A stretch of 63,704 nucleotides of DNA, filler included, from Globobulimina sp. (GCA_003354225.1; 18 parts of 18 records of this genome joined end to end with filler, not necessarily neighbours in it); one strand, 5' to 3'. Positions 21,558 through 34,900 are shown, numbered from the whole stretch's first letter. Translations and numbers: made by a program. Notes: generated by a model from the letters alone, not told the origin.

Positions 21558-24500
21558 ATGCAACAGCAATTTATGATTCCATTATTGATACTGATAACAA
21601 TATGTCATTCACAATATGCAGTACCGGACCAATCGGGCACATTAATCACTGGCCTATTCACTGACGATCATGTTATTGTGGGTACTGAATCTGAAGCAAA
21701 TACCGGATGGTATATAGAACATCTCACCAAACAGGACAAGACATACACGTACAGAACAATACCGAGCGACACTAAAGTCAACAGCAGCGGTGTCATATAT
21801 TATGGCTATCTTTATGAAGATTTGCTTAATCCGGACCAGTCTGGAAAAAAATTCCTCTTTACCCGATATTTTCGATGTGCTCAATCTGCATTATCCATAA
21901 CAGGTAGATGTTATATGACACTCTGCAAATTGTGACACATAGCGCATTTTAAGGAAAATAACATTGAAATTTGAAAACGTTTCTTTTGTTTTGTTGTTTG
22001 TTAAAAATAGTGCAATATTGGACCGCTGTATGTGGCGGATACAAAGAGGAAAAAGAATCAACGCTGTTATTTGTAGATTATAATACCGGTGAAGATTATA
22101 AATGGAAATTGGGCTATGATGAGGATGGATTTAATCCGTACACAAATACGAACGAAGCTGGCTATGAGTTGGATGATTCCGCATTGCGGTCACAATGCCG
22201 CTTCTGGGAAGGCAGCGGAGAACGTTTTTGGAGTCAAAGGCACGGCGCAGTATTTATACCACCGCGAGATAATAACGGTGAATACAAATGGTAGGTTATA
22301 TTACTTATATATTTTATTTTTGTTTATAACAATTATCCCTTTCCTACTTAACAAGGCCGGCAAATCGAAATTTTAAGACATATATACAAGTTGAGGCAGA
22401 TAACGGACAGTATGACGACCACTTATTGGTCTATGATATAACCGTTGAATGTGAGATAGAGCCTACGCCATCACCTACAAATGCACCGTCTCTTGCGCCG
22501 TCCGAAGCACCCTCTATGGGATTAACAACGCCTACACAATCTCCTGTGTTCACGGACACCACGTTATATGTTCGCCATGCGGGCTGTGATTTTGGCGTTT
22601 GTTCGCATTCAAGCACCGATTATAACGACAGTGCATGTGATCCATCCGGCACTGTCCAACTAAACTACCCAAATCAAGCTGCAGAGTGTTGTGCCAGGAG
22701 AAGGAGACTTGTGATGCAAAATGATTTTCCAGTCCAGTACTTGAGTAAACATAACCATGGCAACCGAAGACGCTTATTAACCACTGCTGAGCCAACTAAT
22801 GAGCCAACTTTTGAACCTACTTTTTATCCATCCTTAGAACCGACACTTGATCCAACTGATGCGCCGTCACAACCGCCATCCATGGCCCCTTCACAAGCAC
22901 CATCTGTCGCGCCATCACAACCTCCGTCCATGGCACCAACTATAAAACCAACCGAATCTCCCACCAACTCAACCGTTGATCCCACCGATGCACCGACAGG
23001 AGCACCTAGCATCGCACCGAGTATCTCACCAACGCAGACTCCGATTGATACACCGGTTTATCAGCCAACCTGTAGCACTGTAGATTATGCCTATCAATGT
23101 TTGCAAGGCACGGAATGGGGCGGTATACCTGATGCAGATTCGTGCGCAGGATTTAATTATACAGGCTCTGGAACTATTAATTTAGGCGATGGTATATTTG
23201 ATATAGCAACGCGGATTAATTTGGATACGGCGGATATTACGTTTCAAGGCAATGGTAGGGACAAAACTGTATTAAATTTCATTGGTAGTGCTACGCCATC
23301 GGGCTGGTTTGGGTGCAGATGGCATAAATGTTATATAAAAATGGTTGATTTAAGCATAGCCAGTGATAAAGTATCTGGTGTGGCTGCCAATAATTGGGTG
23401 CAATTAGTGATGACAAAAGGAGGTTCCATGCAATTTGATAATGTCTTATTTGATGGCGCTTTTGTCGCTGTCAACTCTGGTATTTTATTTTCTTGTTTAC
23501 ACGTTGGAAACGTTTGACTTAAGTTATTTTTTCAACCATGAAAAGGTACCTCGTTCTGGGATATTTCAGGTGCACAAAGCCAGCTAATTGTGCGAGATTC
23601 AGTGTTCAAACACAATGATGTGAGTTACAGATTTGATGGCGTTGTGGTCCGATTTATTGGTTGTATTTTTGAGAGCAATTCGTTGAGCATAAATGATGTG
23701 ACACTGCCGATGTTCTATGCCATAAATGGCGCAAGTGTCGAATTTGATGGATGTACATTTAGTGGTAACACAAACAGCGGCAGATCATTGATCGGAATAT
23801 ATTCGCGCTCGTCGTTGAGGATAAATAATTGCACTTTTGTAAATAATACAGGCTCTGGCAGTAGCAATGACCATATAATATTTATACAATCATCTGGGAC
23901 CTCTTCGGAAATAAATATTACAAATTCCATATTTGATGGTACCGAGGCATATAATGATATAATTTATGTCAGTGACAGTAGTGTCACAACTGTCGATATT
24001 AACATTAATAATACAGTGTTCCAAGGCGGCGCGAGCAATAAATATGAAATTGTGGGCGATATTGCAGCTAATTTAAGACTTACAAATACGCAATTTTTCA
24101 ACGGTGCTGTGACGTCTTATTCCTTGTGGTTAAAAGATACGAATAATGTGTTTATAGAAGACGTGATATGGGAGAATTATACCACTGCAAACGGACATAT
24201 TATTGATAAAAGTAACAGTGGCGAAACAACTGTGTATATTGATAATATTGACATGAGTAATATCATTGGACGAGGAGTTTATATATCCGCTGCAACTCAA
24301 ACTATCTATATCTCAAATTCACGCTTTTATAACATCGATGCTGCGGATAATAACGGCGCGTGTTTGTATTTAGGTGGATCTGATATAGTTTTTGAAGTTG
24401 AAAATACCGACATGGTACAATGTCATACTAACACCATTGGAGGCGGTATATATGTCAATCGACCGGGAGTAAATTCGAGATTTGGAAATCTAACATTTAT

Positions 24501-24723
24501 TGATAATTCCGCCGGGGATTACAGTGCCGATTGTTATATTTTAAATACAGAGAGAGCCGACGGTGAGATTATCATTGGTGGTAAATGGGAGATATCCGGT
24601 TCTAGCTCAGCCAATATACCATCTTCTACAAAATTCGATAACCAACATAGTGATGAAAATGTGTTATGGACCATAAATATGAATGATTGGAGCATTCGAG
24701 ACACAAAGAAACAGAAAATACAA
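21558..24723 (+). CDS. Large secreted/surface protein with Pro/Thr/Ser repeats and right-handed beta-helix repeats; introns 21904-22010, 22291-22355, 23480-23545; 3' truncated
   Basis: Signal peptide MQQQFMIPLLILITICHS; three GT-AG introns join four ORFs in frame; PTxxP/PSxAP repeats; CxFxxN and GGGIY motifs. Confidence 0.85.
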
Positions 24724-25003
24724 NNNNNNNNNNNNNNNNNNNNNNNNNNNNNNNNNNNNNNNNNNNNTTAATTAATTAANNNNNNNNNNNNNNNNNNNNN
24801 NNNNNNNNNNNNNNNNNNNNNNNTACAGCTCCGCATTTGCAATATAATCTCATCGATTGTGCCATAATTATTGACAGATTTGTTGAAGCGTGTGGCAATA
24901 GTGGAAATGAAGAAAACTGTTATTTTTTTTAGAAAACTCCGCTCGTCGATGCAAAACACGCATTAATTAATAACAAAATAATTAAAAACAAACCAAAATA
25001 AAA

Positions 25004-27520
25004 TCACTTTTGTCCACACAACTTTTTGTATAATATGGAATTCTCAAACAAATATTTATGTGAACCTTGTTTGTGAACAATACCATTCTCCAAAACAATA
25101 ATATGATCCAAATCCGTAAAGCATTCTAAAATATCATGTGATATCATAATCAACGACATATTATATTTCTTAATAAACTCAAACAACGCAGGATAAATAA
25201 ATGTATTTTTTTTAACCATATCCATTGAATTAAAACTTTCATCACAAATGATAATCTTACTATTCTTCCTCAAAAACACTCGGCTCAATGCTATCGACTG
25301 TCGCAGTCCGCCACTTACATTCGAACCATTCCCTTTTATCTCGTAGTTCAATATCTGATGTTTATAATCTATTTTCTTCAAATTATCCTCTATTATTTCC
25401 TTCTTCTTTCCTTTAACATTCCCACCATATAAATCCCTCAAACTGTCACTGTTTCCTATCTGTTTATTATTAACTTGTTTATCATCCACTTTCCTAAAAA
25501 AACTCATCAAATAATTCAAAATGCCTCCATTCGAGTTCGATTTCCCATTCGATAAACCCTCATTATCCTCATTCATAGCCCCATTGTTCTCATCTTTACC
25601 TTTCTTCCATTTTACAATACCTTCCACCATATGTGTGGCAATAGTCCTTTTCCCACCTTTTCTACGACGACCTTTCCAACGCCCTCTCCCTCTATTTCTC
25701 CCTCTATTATTCCCATTCAATATCTTCTCGGATGAATCACTCTGAATTGCCAAGAAAACACCGCCTAATTTAGCCGCAGCAGTAACTTCTTCAATGGATG
25801 CATTTGGATTTGCAATCTGTAAATTTTCACCCACACTCCCTTCAAATAAAAACGGTTTCTGAGCAATATAAGATATTTGTTTTCGAAGCTCCACTCTCGA
25901 CACCAAATCAAATGATATGTCTCCATTCATAACACAGTCCATAAACTGTGGCTTGCGCAGCTTACATAATATCTCCATCAACGTGCTCTTTCCACTCTCA
26001 TTCCGGCCACAGATTCCATACGTTTTACCACGCTCAAACTTGATGCTCTCATTGATGAATAATTTAAATTCATATTTATCTTTCTTTTCCTTTTCTGGTT
26101 GTTTTTTATCATCAAAAACGTAGATTTTTTTATTTTCTTGAATAACTTGTACTTGTTTGTCAATCCATGTTGTTGTAATTGAAACGTTTCCGTTTTCCGC
26201 AGTGTCATTGTCAGTTTTTGCTTTAACGTTTCTGTACTTAAAATAAATATATTTAAATTCAATACATTTAAACTCAATATCACTCTGGAAACCTCTCACT
26301 TGTTTGCATTGTTCCTCTTCCTCCATAAAGCCAGGCAAATATAATAATTTCTTGAGATATAATTGTCGATTTATATTATATCGGATACCATTTATAGATC
26401 GATATAATTTCGTTAATGAATTATACAACGAATTGCATTCTGCTTTGGTTTTATTGTATTCTTTATGTGTTATAATAGTACAATTTGGATCATTGAGTCT
26501 GTCTCTTCTGATTTTAATCTCTAACAAAGTCTCAAACAGAAAGCGTAAAATAGAATGATTCCGCATATCATCAATCAACCCCATATACAGCGCATTGTAC
26601 GAAAAACGAGACTCAAAATATTCATTCATTAAAATATCCAATTTCTCCAATTGGAATTGTGAATAATTCATAATCTGAATCTCATTTAAACCTATCACTG
26701 TATTGGTGATTAACTTGGACATTAATTGCTTGCTTTTGCGTGATTTATAGGATAACTTATCATTCATATCCCAGGTGGTTAACGCGCCGATAATTTCGCG
26801 CGTGAATTGATATAAAAATGGATAAACAATGAGTATATAATCCAACTTATCTCGTTTGATGTACAATTTGTAAATGATTTTCGTGAAACGGGATGAATGC
26901 GTGAATGTGGATGGTATCTGCTCAAATATGACATTAATGGAACTGTTCAAATCTCGCATTATTGTCCTTTCTAAGGCGCGTGCATCGATATTGCGGGAGC
27001 TTAATGATTGTTGATATGCATTTTGTAAACTGTCGATTTCTGAAAATATGATCTTTTCCATTATCAATCTACGCATTAACATTCTCAATTTGAGGTCAAT
27101 TCTTCCGTTGAAGTATCTGGTCACAGTTCTGATGGAGGAATAGTACAATGTTAAACTGACCATTTTATAAATGATGTTTATGGACATTGTGGATAAGTCA
27201 ATTACATTTAATTGCTGGTTCAAGTCTTGTTGCAACACATTGCATTCTGATAAGATTGAATGTGGTGATAAATACCACGGCGCGATCAGTTCAATGATTG
27301 GTGGTAACATCCAATTCGATGCTATCACTGTAAATAATGTCAATGGTTCTTTCTTGTACACATAGCGGACAATGGATGTGAATGGTAGGTCGTAAACAAA
27401 ATTGAATGCGTCGATAAACCACCAAGATTTGGAAGACTTTGTTTCTGCAATTTCTGTGTTAATTCCGTTGCTAATGTCGTCTGCTTTGTTAGATTCATTG
27501 TTTAATGCGATAATTGACAT
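25004..27520 (-). CDS. Divergent ABC half-transporter (ABCB-like TMD-NBD)
   Basis: Walker A GRNESGKST, Q-loop YIAQKPFLFEGSVGENL, signature VSGGLRQ, Walker B IICDE, H-loop ISHD. Confidence 0.88.
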   Translation of the reverse strand: MSIIALNNESNKADDISNGINTEIAETKSSKSWWFIDAFNFVYDLPFTSIVRYVYKKEPLTLFTVIASNWMLPPIIELIAPWYLSPHSILSECNVLQQDLNQQLNVIDLSTMSINIIYKMVSLTLYYSSIRTVTRYFNGRIDLKLRMLMRRLIMEKIIFSEIDSLQNAYQQSLSSRNIDARALERTIMRDLNSSINVIFEQIPSTFTHSSRFTKIIYKLYIKRDKLDYILIVYPFLYQFTREIIGALTTWDMNDKLSYKSRKSKQLMSKLITNTVIGLNEIQIMNYSQFQLEKLDILMNEYFESRFSYNALYMGLIDDMRNHSILRFLFETLLEIKIRRDRLNDPNCTIITHKEYNKTKAECNSLYNSLTKLYRSINGIRYNINRQLYLKKLLYLPGFMEEEEQCKQVRGFQSDIEFKCIEFKYIYFKYRNVKAKTDNDTAENGNVSITTTWIDKQVQVIQENKKIYVFDDKKQPEKEKKDKYEFKLFINESIKFERGKTYGICGRNESGKSTLMEILCKLRKPQFMDCVMNGDISFDLVSRVELRKQISYIAQKPFLFEGSVGENLQIANPNASIEEVTAAAKLGGVFLAIQSDSSEKILNGNNRGRNRGRGRWKGRRRKGGKRTIATHMVEGIVKWKKGKDENNGAMNEDNEGLSNGKSNSNGGILNYLMSFFRKVDDKQVNNKQIGNSDSLRDLYGGNVKGKKKEIIEDNLKKIDYKHQILNYEIKGNGSNVSGGLRQSIALSRVFLRKNSKIIICDESFNSMDMVKKNTFIYPALFEFIKKYNMSLIMISHDILECFTDLDHIIVLENGIVHKQGSHKYLFENSILYKKLCGQK

Positions 27521-27603
27521 AATCAGTTTTGTATGATGACTGAAAAGTTTTTTATAACAAGCATGACAATATTTGAATATAGGCCGGATGAGGTTGTTAC
27601 CTC

Positions 27604-28268
27604 TTATCTTGTTACCAATGACAATATTTCCACCATATTTTGTTCCTTTTCTCCTCGAAATACAACAGCTAATTTGTATCCTGCATTACGAGATATTTTA
27701 TCAGTCGCTGTCCCAATTTTCCTTTCATTTACTTTATAACTCAATGTGCATTCAATTAAATCCAAACATACATCAACAATGTCCCCAACACTGCACCCAA
27801 CTCCATATGAAACATTGTTTGGCTCAAATTTCCTCTGTCCTACGAACCATGCATATCCTTGATACTTCCACCATAAATCTGGATTATTATAACACTTTGA
27901 ACTGTCAATCACTCCAACACCAATACTCACCCCTTGTATTAATTTAATTTTCCACACATATTTACCACCGGGTTCAGCTACATATTGTCCCATAGCTGTC
28001 CTCGATTTGCCATCCTGCACATCAACACACGTCGCACTGTCACCATTTGTCGAAATAATGATTTGTTTATGGCTCAATGCAGTATCAAATTGCTCCGGAA
28101 ATTTTGTAAAGTCAACAATCAATAAAACTAAGTCCAACACAAAATCCTCACGACGTCCATGTATGATTCGCATCCAATATTCAATAATTATTGTACTGAT
28201 TCTTTCAAATTCTATTCTATCCGACAATGATACTTCTAATACGTTTTGAACATCTTTACCTTTCATTA
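27604..28268 (-). CDS. SPRY/B30.2-like protein, probably 5' truncated
   Basis: KYVWKIKL, IGVGVI, YGVGCSVGDIVDVCLDL..CTLSYKVN, YKLAV. Confidence 0.8.
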
Positions 28269-28374
28269 NNNNNNNNNNNNNNNNNNNNNNNNNNNNNNNN
28301 NNNNNNNNNNNNTTAATTAATTAANNNNNNNNNNNNNNNNNNNNNNNNNNNNNNNNNNNNNNNNNNNNAACAAA

Positions 28375-29223
28375 ATGGCTTTCACGAATAACTCGCTGCA
28401 TGCTATGTTAGGTAAGAAAGACGCAGCTCTACAAACTATAGAAAACCAGTATGAATCTGGGATTTTGAAATTATTACACCGCAAAATGCTGATGCATCAG
28501 AAATTGCAATCCGATTTTTTCAAATGTGTGGCAACGCAAATAATTCAATTTGAGATTGCCAAACATAATTACAATAAAATGGCAAACAAATTGGAAGATA
28601 ATTACAAAATGGCATTGACTACGTTGTCAAACGAGAAAAATAAAATGGCCAAACATTGGAATGATAACTTTTCTAAATTACTGTACATGTCACACATAAA
28701 AGAAACAGCACGTCCTAAACAATTGAATATTATGCAAAATAATAATAATTTTATAATTGCATCAAAAGAATGCACTGCAAATATGCCCAAACTTGAGTAT
28801 GAAAGCGATACGGCGTCGGCAGCGGATAATGAAAAGAGATATTTTAAATGTTTGCTATGTCACACTCCATTTGTATCGGAAACTACATTTGGTGATCATG
28901 TAAAAACCTGTAATATGAAATTCAAACATCCGAAAAAAAGGAAATTTGCATGTAATCAATGTTCCAAAGGATTCGAGCAGTTAAATGCGTTAATAATACA
29001 TATTCGGGTCCATACAGGTGATAAACCGTATAAATGCGAGTATTGCACAAAGTCGTTTCGTCAAAGTTGCCATAGAATAAGACATCAGAGATTGCATACT
29101 GGTGAGAAACCATATGAATGCAATTATTGTCGCAAAAGATTTAGTTCATCAACACGACGGAACAGACATCACAGAAAAGAACATATTCAGATCAATAATA
29201 TAATGTATAACCCGAAAATGTAA
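28375..29223 (+). CDS. C2H2 zinc-finger protein with N-terminal helical domain
   Basis: HTGDKPYKC and HTGEKPYEC linkers; three tandem fingers plus one C2HC finger. Confidence 0.93.
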   Translation: MAFTNNSLHAMLGKKDAALQTIENQYESGILKLLHRKMLMHQKLQSDFFKCVATQIIQFEIAKHNYNKMANKLEDNYKMALTTLSNEKNKMAKHWNDNFSKLLYMSHIKETARPKQLNIMQNNNNFIIASKECTANMPKLEYESDTASAADNEKRYFKCLLCHTPFVSETTFGDHVKTCNMKFKHPKKRKFACNQCSKGFEQLNALIIHIRVHTGDKPYKCEYCTKSFRQSCHRIRHQRLHTGEKPYECNYCRKRFSSSTRRNRHHRKEHIQINNIMYNPKM

Positions 29224-29449
29224 TATATTGTACACGTACTTATGCCAATTGTAGTACAATTGTATTTTGATGAGTCACTACAATTATAAAATAACATAAA
29301 ATTGCAATTTGCAAATGACTCAAAAGGGACAGACGTACGTTTGCAAAAGTTTTCAGTTTAGTTGGCTGTCATAATATTTTCTAGTAACTAGCACAAAAAG
29401 ATTTATTTACAGTTTCGTAGAACTCACAAAAAATTGAAACACTCATGAT

Positions 29450-30577
29450 TCATTCACTAAATTTCGCAGCAGGATTATCTTTCATAATTGTGTATCGTGT
29501 ATGTATTTTTGAATTCAATTCAATTACTTTTTTTTCGCCTAAACCCTTTCCAAATCTGTGGCAGGAACGGCAACATTGAATATATCGCTTTGCAGAAGAT
29601 GGTAAGTTCAAAAATAAACAGGTTACATTGACTGCGTAGGATATTACCCAGAAAAAACTGTGAAACCAAAGTATTGCAGCCATTCTGCCTAATTTATCAA
29701 CACCGATACCTGCCCACAATATGAATACAAAAGTGGACATTAAAACAAATACTTGCGTGGATAATAATGCCCAAAATGACAACACCGATAACTTTGTAGA
29801 TATATCACTTAATAATTGCTGATATTTATCCATTTTGGACGATACAGAGTCGTCAAATGAGGAGTTTCCATAATCACTGTCGATACTTATTTGAAGTAAT
29901 GTATATACAAATAAATACACCATAGATACTGATAACAGTATGCTGGAAATTAATTTAATGACAGACTCGATCACTGCAATAATCACAAATGCATAAAGAT
30001 TCATAATATGGGCAGATTGTAATAATATGGTGGCACTTAATATTATTTCACATGTTGCAAACAAAATTATTGAAGAATATAAGTATTTGTAATATTTTGA
30101 AGGGATTTCATATTCTGTGTTTTCAAAAACACTTTTTAGTTTTTGAGTGAATATTAAGTAACAAAATAATTGTCCAAAAACCCAGGATTGCTGAGCTATG
30201 ACATCGAATATGTTTTGTGCTGCTTCATCCATTGGAGGGCTTAATGGCAAACTTGATATAACAGAGAAAAATAAACAATTTGTATATAATATGATTGATG
30301 TTATACTATATTGAACAAATTGTTGATTAATTTTTAGCTCGTTTTGTTCTTCTGGACTAATACTTTGTTGCTTATCCATATTTATAGAAACTTCAGCAAT
30401 ATCCGGGGGCAATGTTAATTGCTGAGAGCTAAGTTTTGTTAAATGCAGTGATTGCGCACAAATAGTATTTCTTTTTAAGACTGCAATAACAAGAATGGGG
30501 ATGCAATACAACATTCCTACCATATGTATAACCATTGTAGCCTCTGAATAAGCTGTATTATTGTAAGAGTACGGCAT
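29450..30577 (-). CDS. Seven-transmembrane GPCR-like protein
   Basis: About seven hydrophobic helices, N-terminal NNT sequon, and helix-8-like RYIQCCRSCH after the last TM. Confidence 0.72.
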   Translation of the reverse strand: MPYSYNNTAYSEATMVIHMVGMLYCIPILVIAVLKRNTICAQSLHLTKLSSQQLTLPPDIAEVSINMDKQQSISPEEQNELKINQQFVQYSITSIILYTNCLFFSVISSLPLSPPMDEAAQNIFDVIAQQSWVFGQLFCYLIFTQKLKSVFENTEYEIPSKYYKYLYSSIILFATCEIILSATILLQSAHIMNLYAFVIIAVIESVIKLISSILLSVSMVYLFVYTLLQISIDSDYGNSSFDDSVSSKMDKYQQLLSDISTKLSVLSFWALLSTQVFVLMSTFVFILWAGIGVDKLGRMAAILWFHSFFWVISYAVNVTCLFLNLPSSAKRYIQCCRSCHRFGKGLGEKKVIELNSKIHTRYTIMKDNPAAKFSE

Positions 30578-30624
30578 GGTGTTTTTTATTTTATTTTACT
30601 TCTTCAAAAATCATATCATTCTCC

Positions 30625-31283
30625 ATGTCGTTGTCTCTACAGTTGTTGGTTTTTGTTTCATCGTTATTTGTTATATCATTATCATACAAAATGGGAGACA
30701 CCATTACATGTTGGGAGCAAAACAAAGAAGACCCAGAAGGATATGCCGATCCAATCTGGTCAAATCAAGACAGCACAGAATGCCAAAGTCCTGACACGGC
30801 CCATTTATGCGACATTTATCAAACTCAGGGAATATATGCAGGAAAGGGAGATGTTTGTGGTATGCCACAATATCTATACATCATACAACACAAATACAAA
30901 AACATAAATGCACAGAACAGGACAACAGGAATAACGGAGCAGTCCAAAACATGTGTTATTTTAACGTGATATTTGGTGCAGCAGTCAACGCAGAAAAAAC
31001 TTGGTCATACAAATGTTGGGTTGGCGCATTTTGTCCATTGAAAGATGCGAATGGTGCGGCAAGACCAGGCTGCATGATTAGGGGCAACAGAATAACATGT
31101 TGTTGTAATGACGCTGATTATTGCAATGGACAAGAATTATATCGACAATATGCTGAATGGGGAAGAGATGATTCCTTACATTATCCTCCAGATTTAGTTG
31201 AAATATTAGGTTATGACACAGGTGATGTATATACGGAATATCAACCAAGTTCTAGATCTGGCAAAACCTTAATACTTCATTGA
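30625..31283 (+). CDS. Secreted Cys-rich three-finger (Ly6/uPAR-like) protein, intron 30860-30915
   Basis: Signal peptide; ITCW start; 12 Cys after splicing; domain ends with TCCCNDADYCN. Confidence 0.7.
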
Positions 31284-31579
31284 TGATACAAATCATGCAA
31301 TCCCTAAACTTTTTTTATAGTTTTTTTTTTCAATAATGTTATAGTTTTTTTGTGTAGTTAATGTGTAGTTAATTTAGTTTAGTCATTTAATTTTAATTTA
31401 TAGCATCAATAATATTTTTTCTGCAAATTCTGTGTCAGTAATTCAGTATTACCAACAGCTAATTGTCCGGTTGTGTACATGTGCGTATTTTGGTGATTGG
31501 AGTAACGACTGAGTTTGTGACAAATTTAAACAAAAAGATTTATTCATTCATCTAAAAAAAGATCTAAATTTTCGATGTA

Positions 31580-31813
31580 TTATAAACGCATAACTTTGAT
31601 CCAAAAATGGCGAGTATCAATATTAATTGCTGATGTTTGTAATTTAAGTAAAATATATTGCGCTTTGACCCATGGCCAGTACGTATGTGATTTGTTTGTA
31701 TCGTCCACAATGTCCTCGTTAAAATATTGTTCAATCTCCTTTTTATTCCTTCCATCCATTTTCATTCTATTTCTGATGGAATGCTCCGAGAGTCCAATTT
31801 GTTTCATTTTATC
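31580..31813 (-). CDS. 3' end of a hypothetical gene
   Basis: Open from the spacer; MKQIGLSEHSIRNRMKMDG helical motif. Confidence 0.45.
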   Translation of the reverse strand, partial: DKMKQIGLSEHSIRNRMKMDGRNKKEIEQYFNEDIVDDTNKSHTYWPWVKAQYILLKLQTSAINIDTRHFWIKVMRL

Positions 31814-31928
31814 NNNNNNNNNNNNNNNNNNNNNNNNNNNNNNNNNNNNNNNNNNNNTTAATTAATTAANNNNNNNNNNNNNNNNNNNNNNNNNNNNNNN
31901 NNNNNNNNNNNNNAAATAAAACAAAAAA

Positions 31929-34900
31929 TCATTTAATACATAAAAATTGCAAGCAAGCTTTTTTTGTTTTTAATTTTCCTGCTTTTTTTATCCATTTTAG
32001 CACAGCTTTATGATATGCATTTTTATAGCTCCAATGTGTTGGTTTATCCGGTGATATCATATGTAATACATGACTATTCATTGTCATTTCACTGCAATTT
32101 GCAAACAATGATAATGATTTCTTGTGCGAGAATTCCATTAAACTTCTTCTAATAATTTTATGGTCAATTTCTGACATATTTGCTAACATTTTTAGTTTCC
32201 CAACAGTTCCTACCATCAATCTATTTATTTTTTTTTCATTATCATCCATTAAATACATTCCTCTCTTCATTTTATATCCAGCAGTGATAACCAACATTTT
32301 TCCGATATCTTCAGACACTGCACACCTTGCTGCAGGAAATAAAATTGCAATCCTTTGCTCCATTATTACTTTAACATCAGCAGTGTATATACTGACAGAA
32401 GGAACAACATTTTTTTTCTGCAACTGAAACCTACGAAAACCATTTCCCTTTTCTCCTCTTCCATTATCAGTTACATTCCCAGCAAACCTATTTAATATCA
32501 AAGGCGAATAAGAGCCTAACCATTTAAAATGAGTAGGATATGCATAATCAAATATATTTCGTTTCTCTAACGATAACATGATTGATTTCCATTCATCTGA
32601 AGTTTGATATGAAATTACTGTTTGTGATAAGCCAAAATTAATTGTTGCACAATTATTATTTTTGTCAACAACCATCCAAATATTTTCTGAACCTTTCACT
32701 GGGAAAATCTTTACCAAATCATTGCTTGCTGCATAATTTGAATATAAATCATCTGCAACACACATTTCAATTGTGTCGTTTTTATTTTGTTTCTTCTTTT
32801 CCCATTTTTTTAGTTCTTCTTCAAATAATAAATTCATATCATATTGTTCATTAATAAAAGGATCAATTATATCCATTGTATTCGATTCAAGCAAAATATG
32901 TTCGTTAAATGAAACAAAATAAAGAAAAGAAATTACTTCCAACCATAGTGAATGCTTTGTGGTTTTTCTCAACGTATTCCAAATAGCTTTGGCCAATGCT
33001 TTCGAATTTGGTGCTTTTCGTTTATCATAATAATCACAAATATCATGAATGGTATGATTTTGACATCGACTGACCAATGTTCGTGGCAATTTCGTCACAG
33101 CTCCTAATATATATTGTAAACATTGATAATAATATTGTTCCACAGTTATTCCATTCCGAACTTTAATAATATGTTTAATAAATCCAGCATAATTATCGAT
33201 AACAATTACATCCAAAGATACTCTTCCATCTCTCTCCAAGTATTCATTAAATCTGTACACAAACACAAACACAAACATGAACATGAACATCATAGTGAAC
33301 CTCAAACTTCACTTAAAAACATCATGCAAAGCCAACATCAAACAACATGACAAACACAAAACACATACTGCTGAAATGCAACACCAAAATAATCACTTTT
33401 CCAAATACCACATATGAACTCTGCTAAAGGTACAGGAGGACCACCTGAAGGGTCACGCATCCAAATAATAGAATGCAATAAGCGCTGTCCGCGCAACAAA
33501 GCCACCAAATTACTAATATCATCCAAGTATAATGGAATTGATTTAATTGATGTGAATTTTTTCAATATTTTCAAGGCAGAAAAATGATAAATTGCAAACG
33601 AAGGAATAGAAGGCATTAACGAATGAATCCAACCTACCTCAACAACTTCAACACAGTCAGCTTTTGGCCCCAATTTAAACATATCTTCATTCTGCCATTT
33701 ACGCTCTAAACCCATAACTTCTGTGATTGCAATTGGATATAAACCACAGTCATCGATATCATATTTACATTCAAGTTTCTGTTTATCATTTCTATGTTTT
33801 ATCATTCTTGCTTGTTTTACAGAATACACAGAGCCATTGTAATTGCCATAATTATGACATGGATTACTGATATTTTTATGTAATTCATCGTTAAATTGTA
33901 ATCTCGGTGGTTGATGCGATATAAATTTGGATCTTTCAATGGAACGGACACATCCTCCAATTCTGCGTTTAATATGAACACATGGACTATTCTGTGGAAT
34001 CAATAATATCTCAGTTATTGTTTCATAAATTACATGGTCAAAATCAATGTATCCATTGAATTCAGTCAAACATCGATCCTTTTTATGCATACAATAATAA
34101 TACAATGATAAATCAAAACGGGATTTCTCAGAATTAAAATAAGCGCCTGTTCTAATACCTAATGGAATATGAGGATACATTGCAGCAAACATTGTGGAAT
34201 TTTGTATTTCAATCAATAATAATTGAGCTGAATTTGTTTCTGGTGATTTGAAATCATATACATATTGATTGTCTCTCTCAATAATATCAAAAACATTCTC
34301 AGTCAGCCATTGACTGGAGATTGGTATTAAAATTGTTTTATATTTCCATTGCGTTCCTTGATAATATTGTATAATATGTGACCCTTCAGCTTTCTCTTTA
34401 GGTAACCTAGAAAAACGTTCTTGTTCGTTTGACAAAGCGTTAACCACATCACTTACACACAACTGTGATTTGAATCTCTCCACATCCGCATCAAAATCTC
34501 TGTATAAACTATTTTCACTGTTTTCAACATTCATTTCCTGAAATGATTTGCTTATGCAAGCTCCGGGAGACTGCACATTAATTGTATTGTTATTTACGTT
34601 AAGCGATGGCAATATATTTATTTTAAATGGAATACTATCAACGACAGATATTCTTTTAATAACAGTAGGTACATGCCACTGTGATATTATTGTTGTATTT
34701 GGTATTGTTATTTGTTTGGATTCATTTAAAAATTGTAAGGTAATGTTTTGTTCTTTATGTTTGACATAGTGGGAGGGATAATATACTGTAGAAAAACCAG
34801 TTGTGATTGGGAATAAAGAATAATATGTTTCATAAGTATCGTAGCTGGAAACAGGAACACAACCTTCTAAGCAATACGCATCCAAAGCAGACCATCTTAT

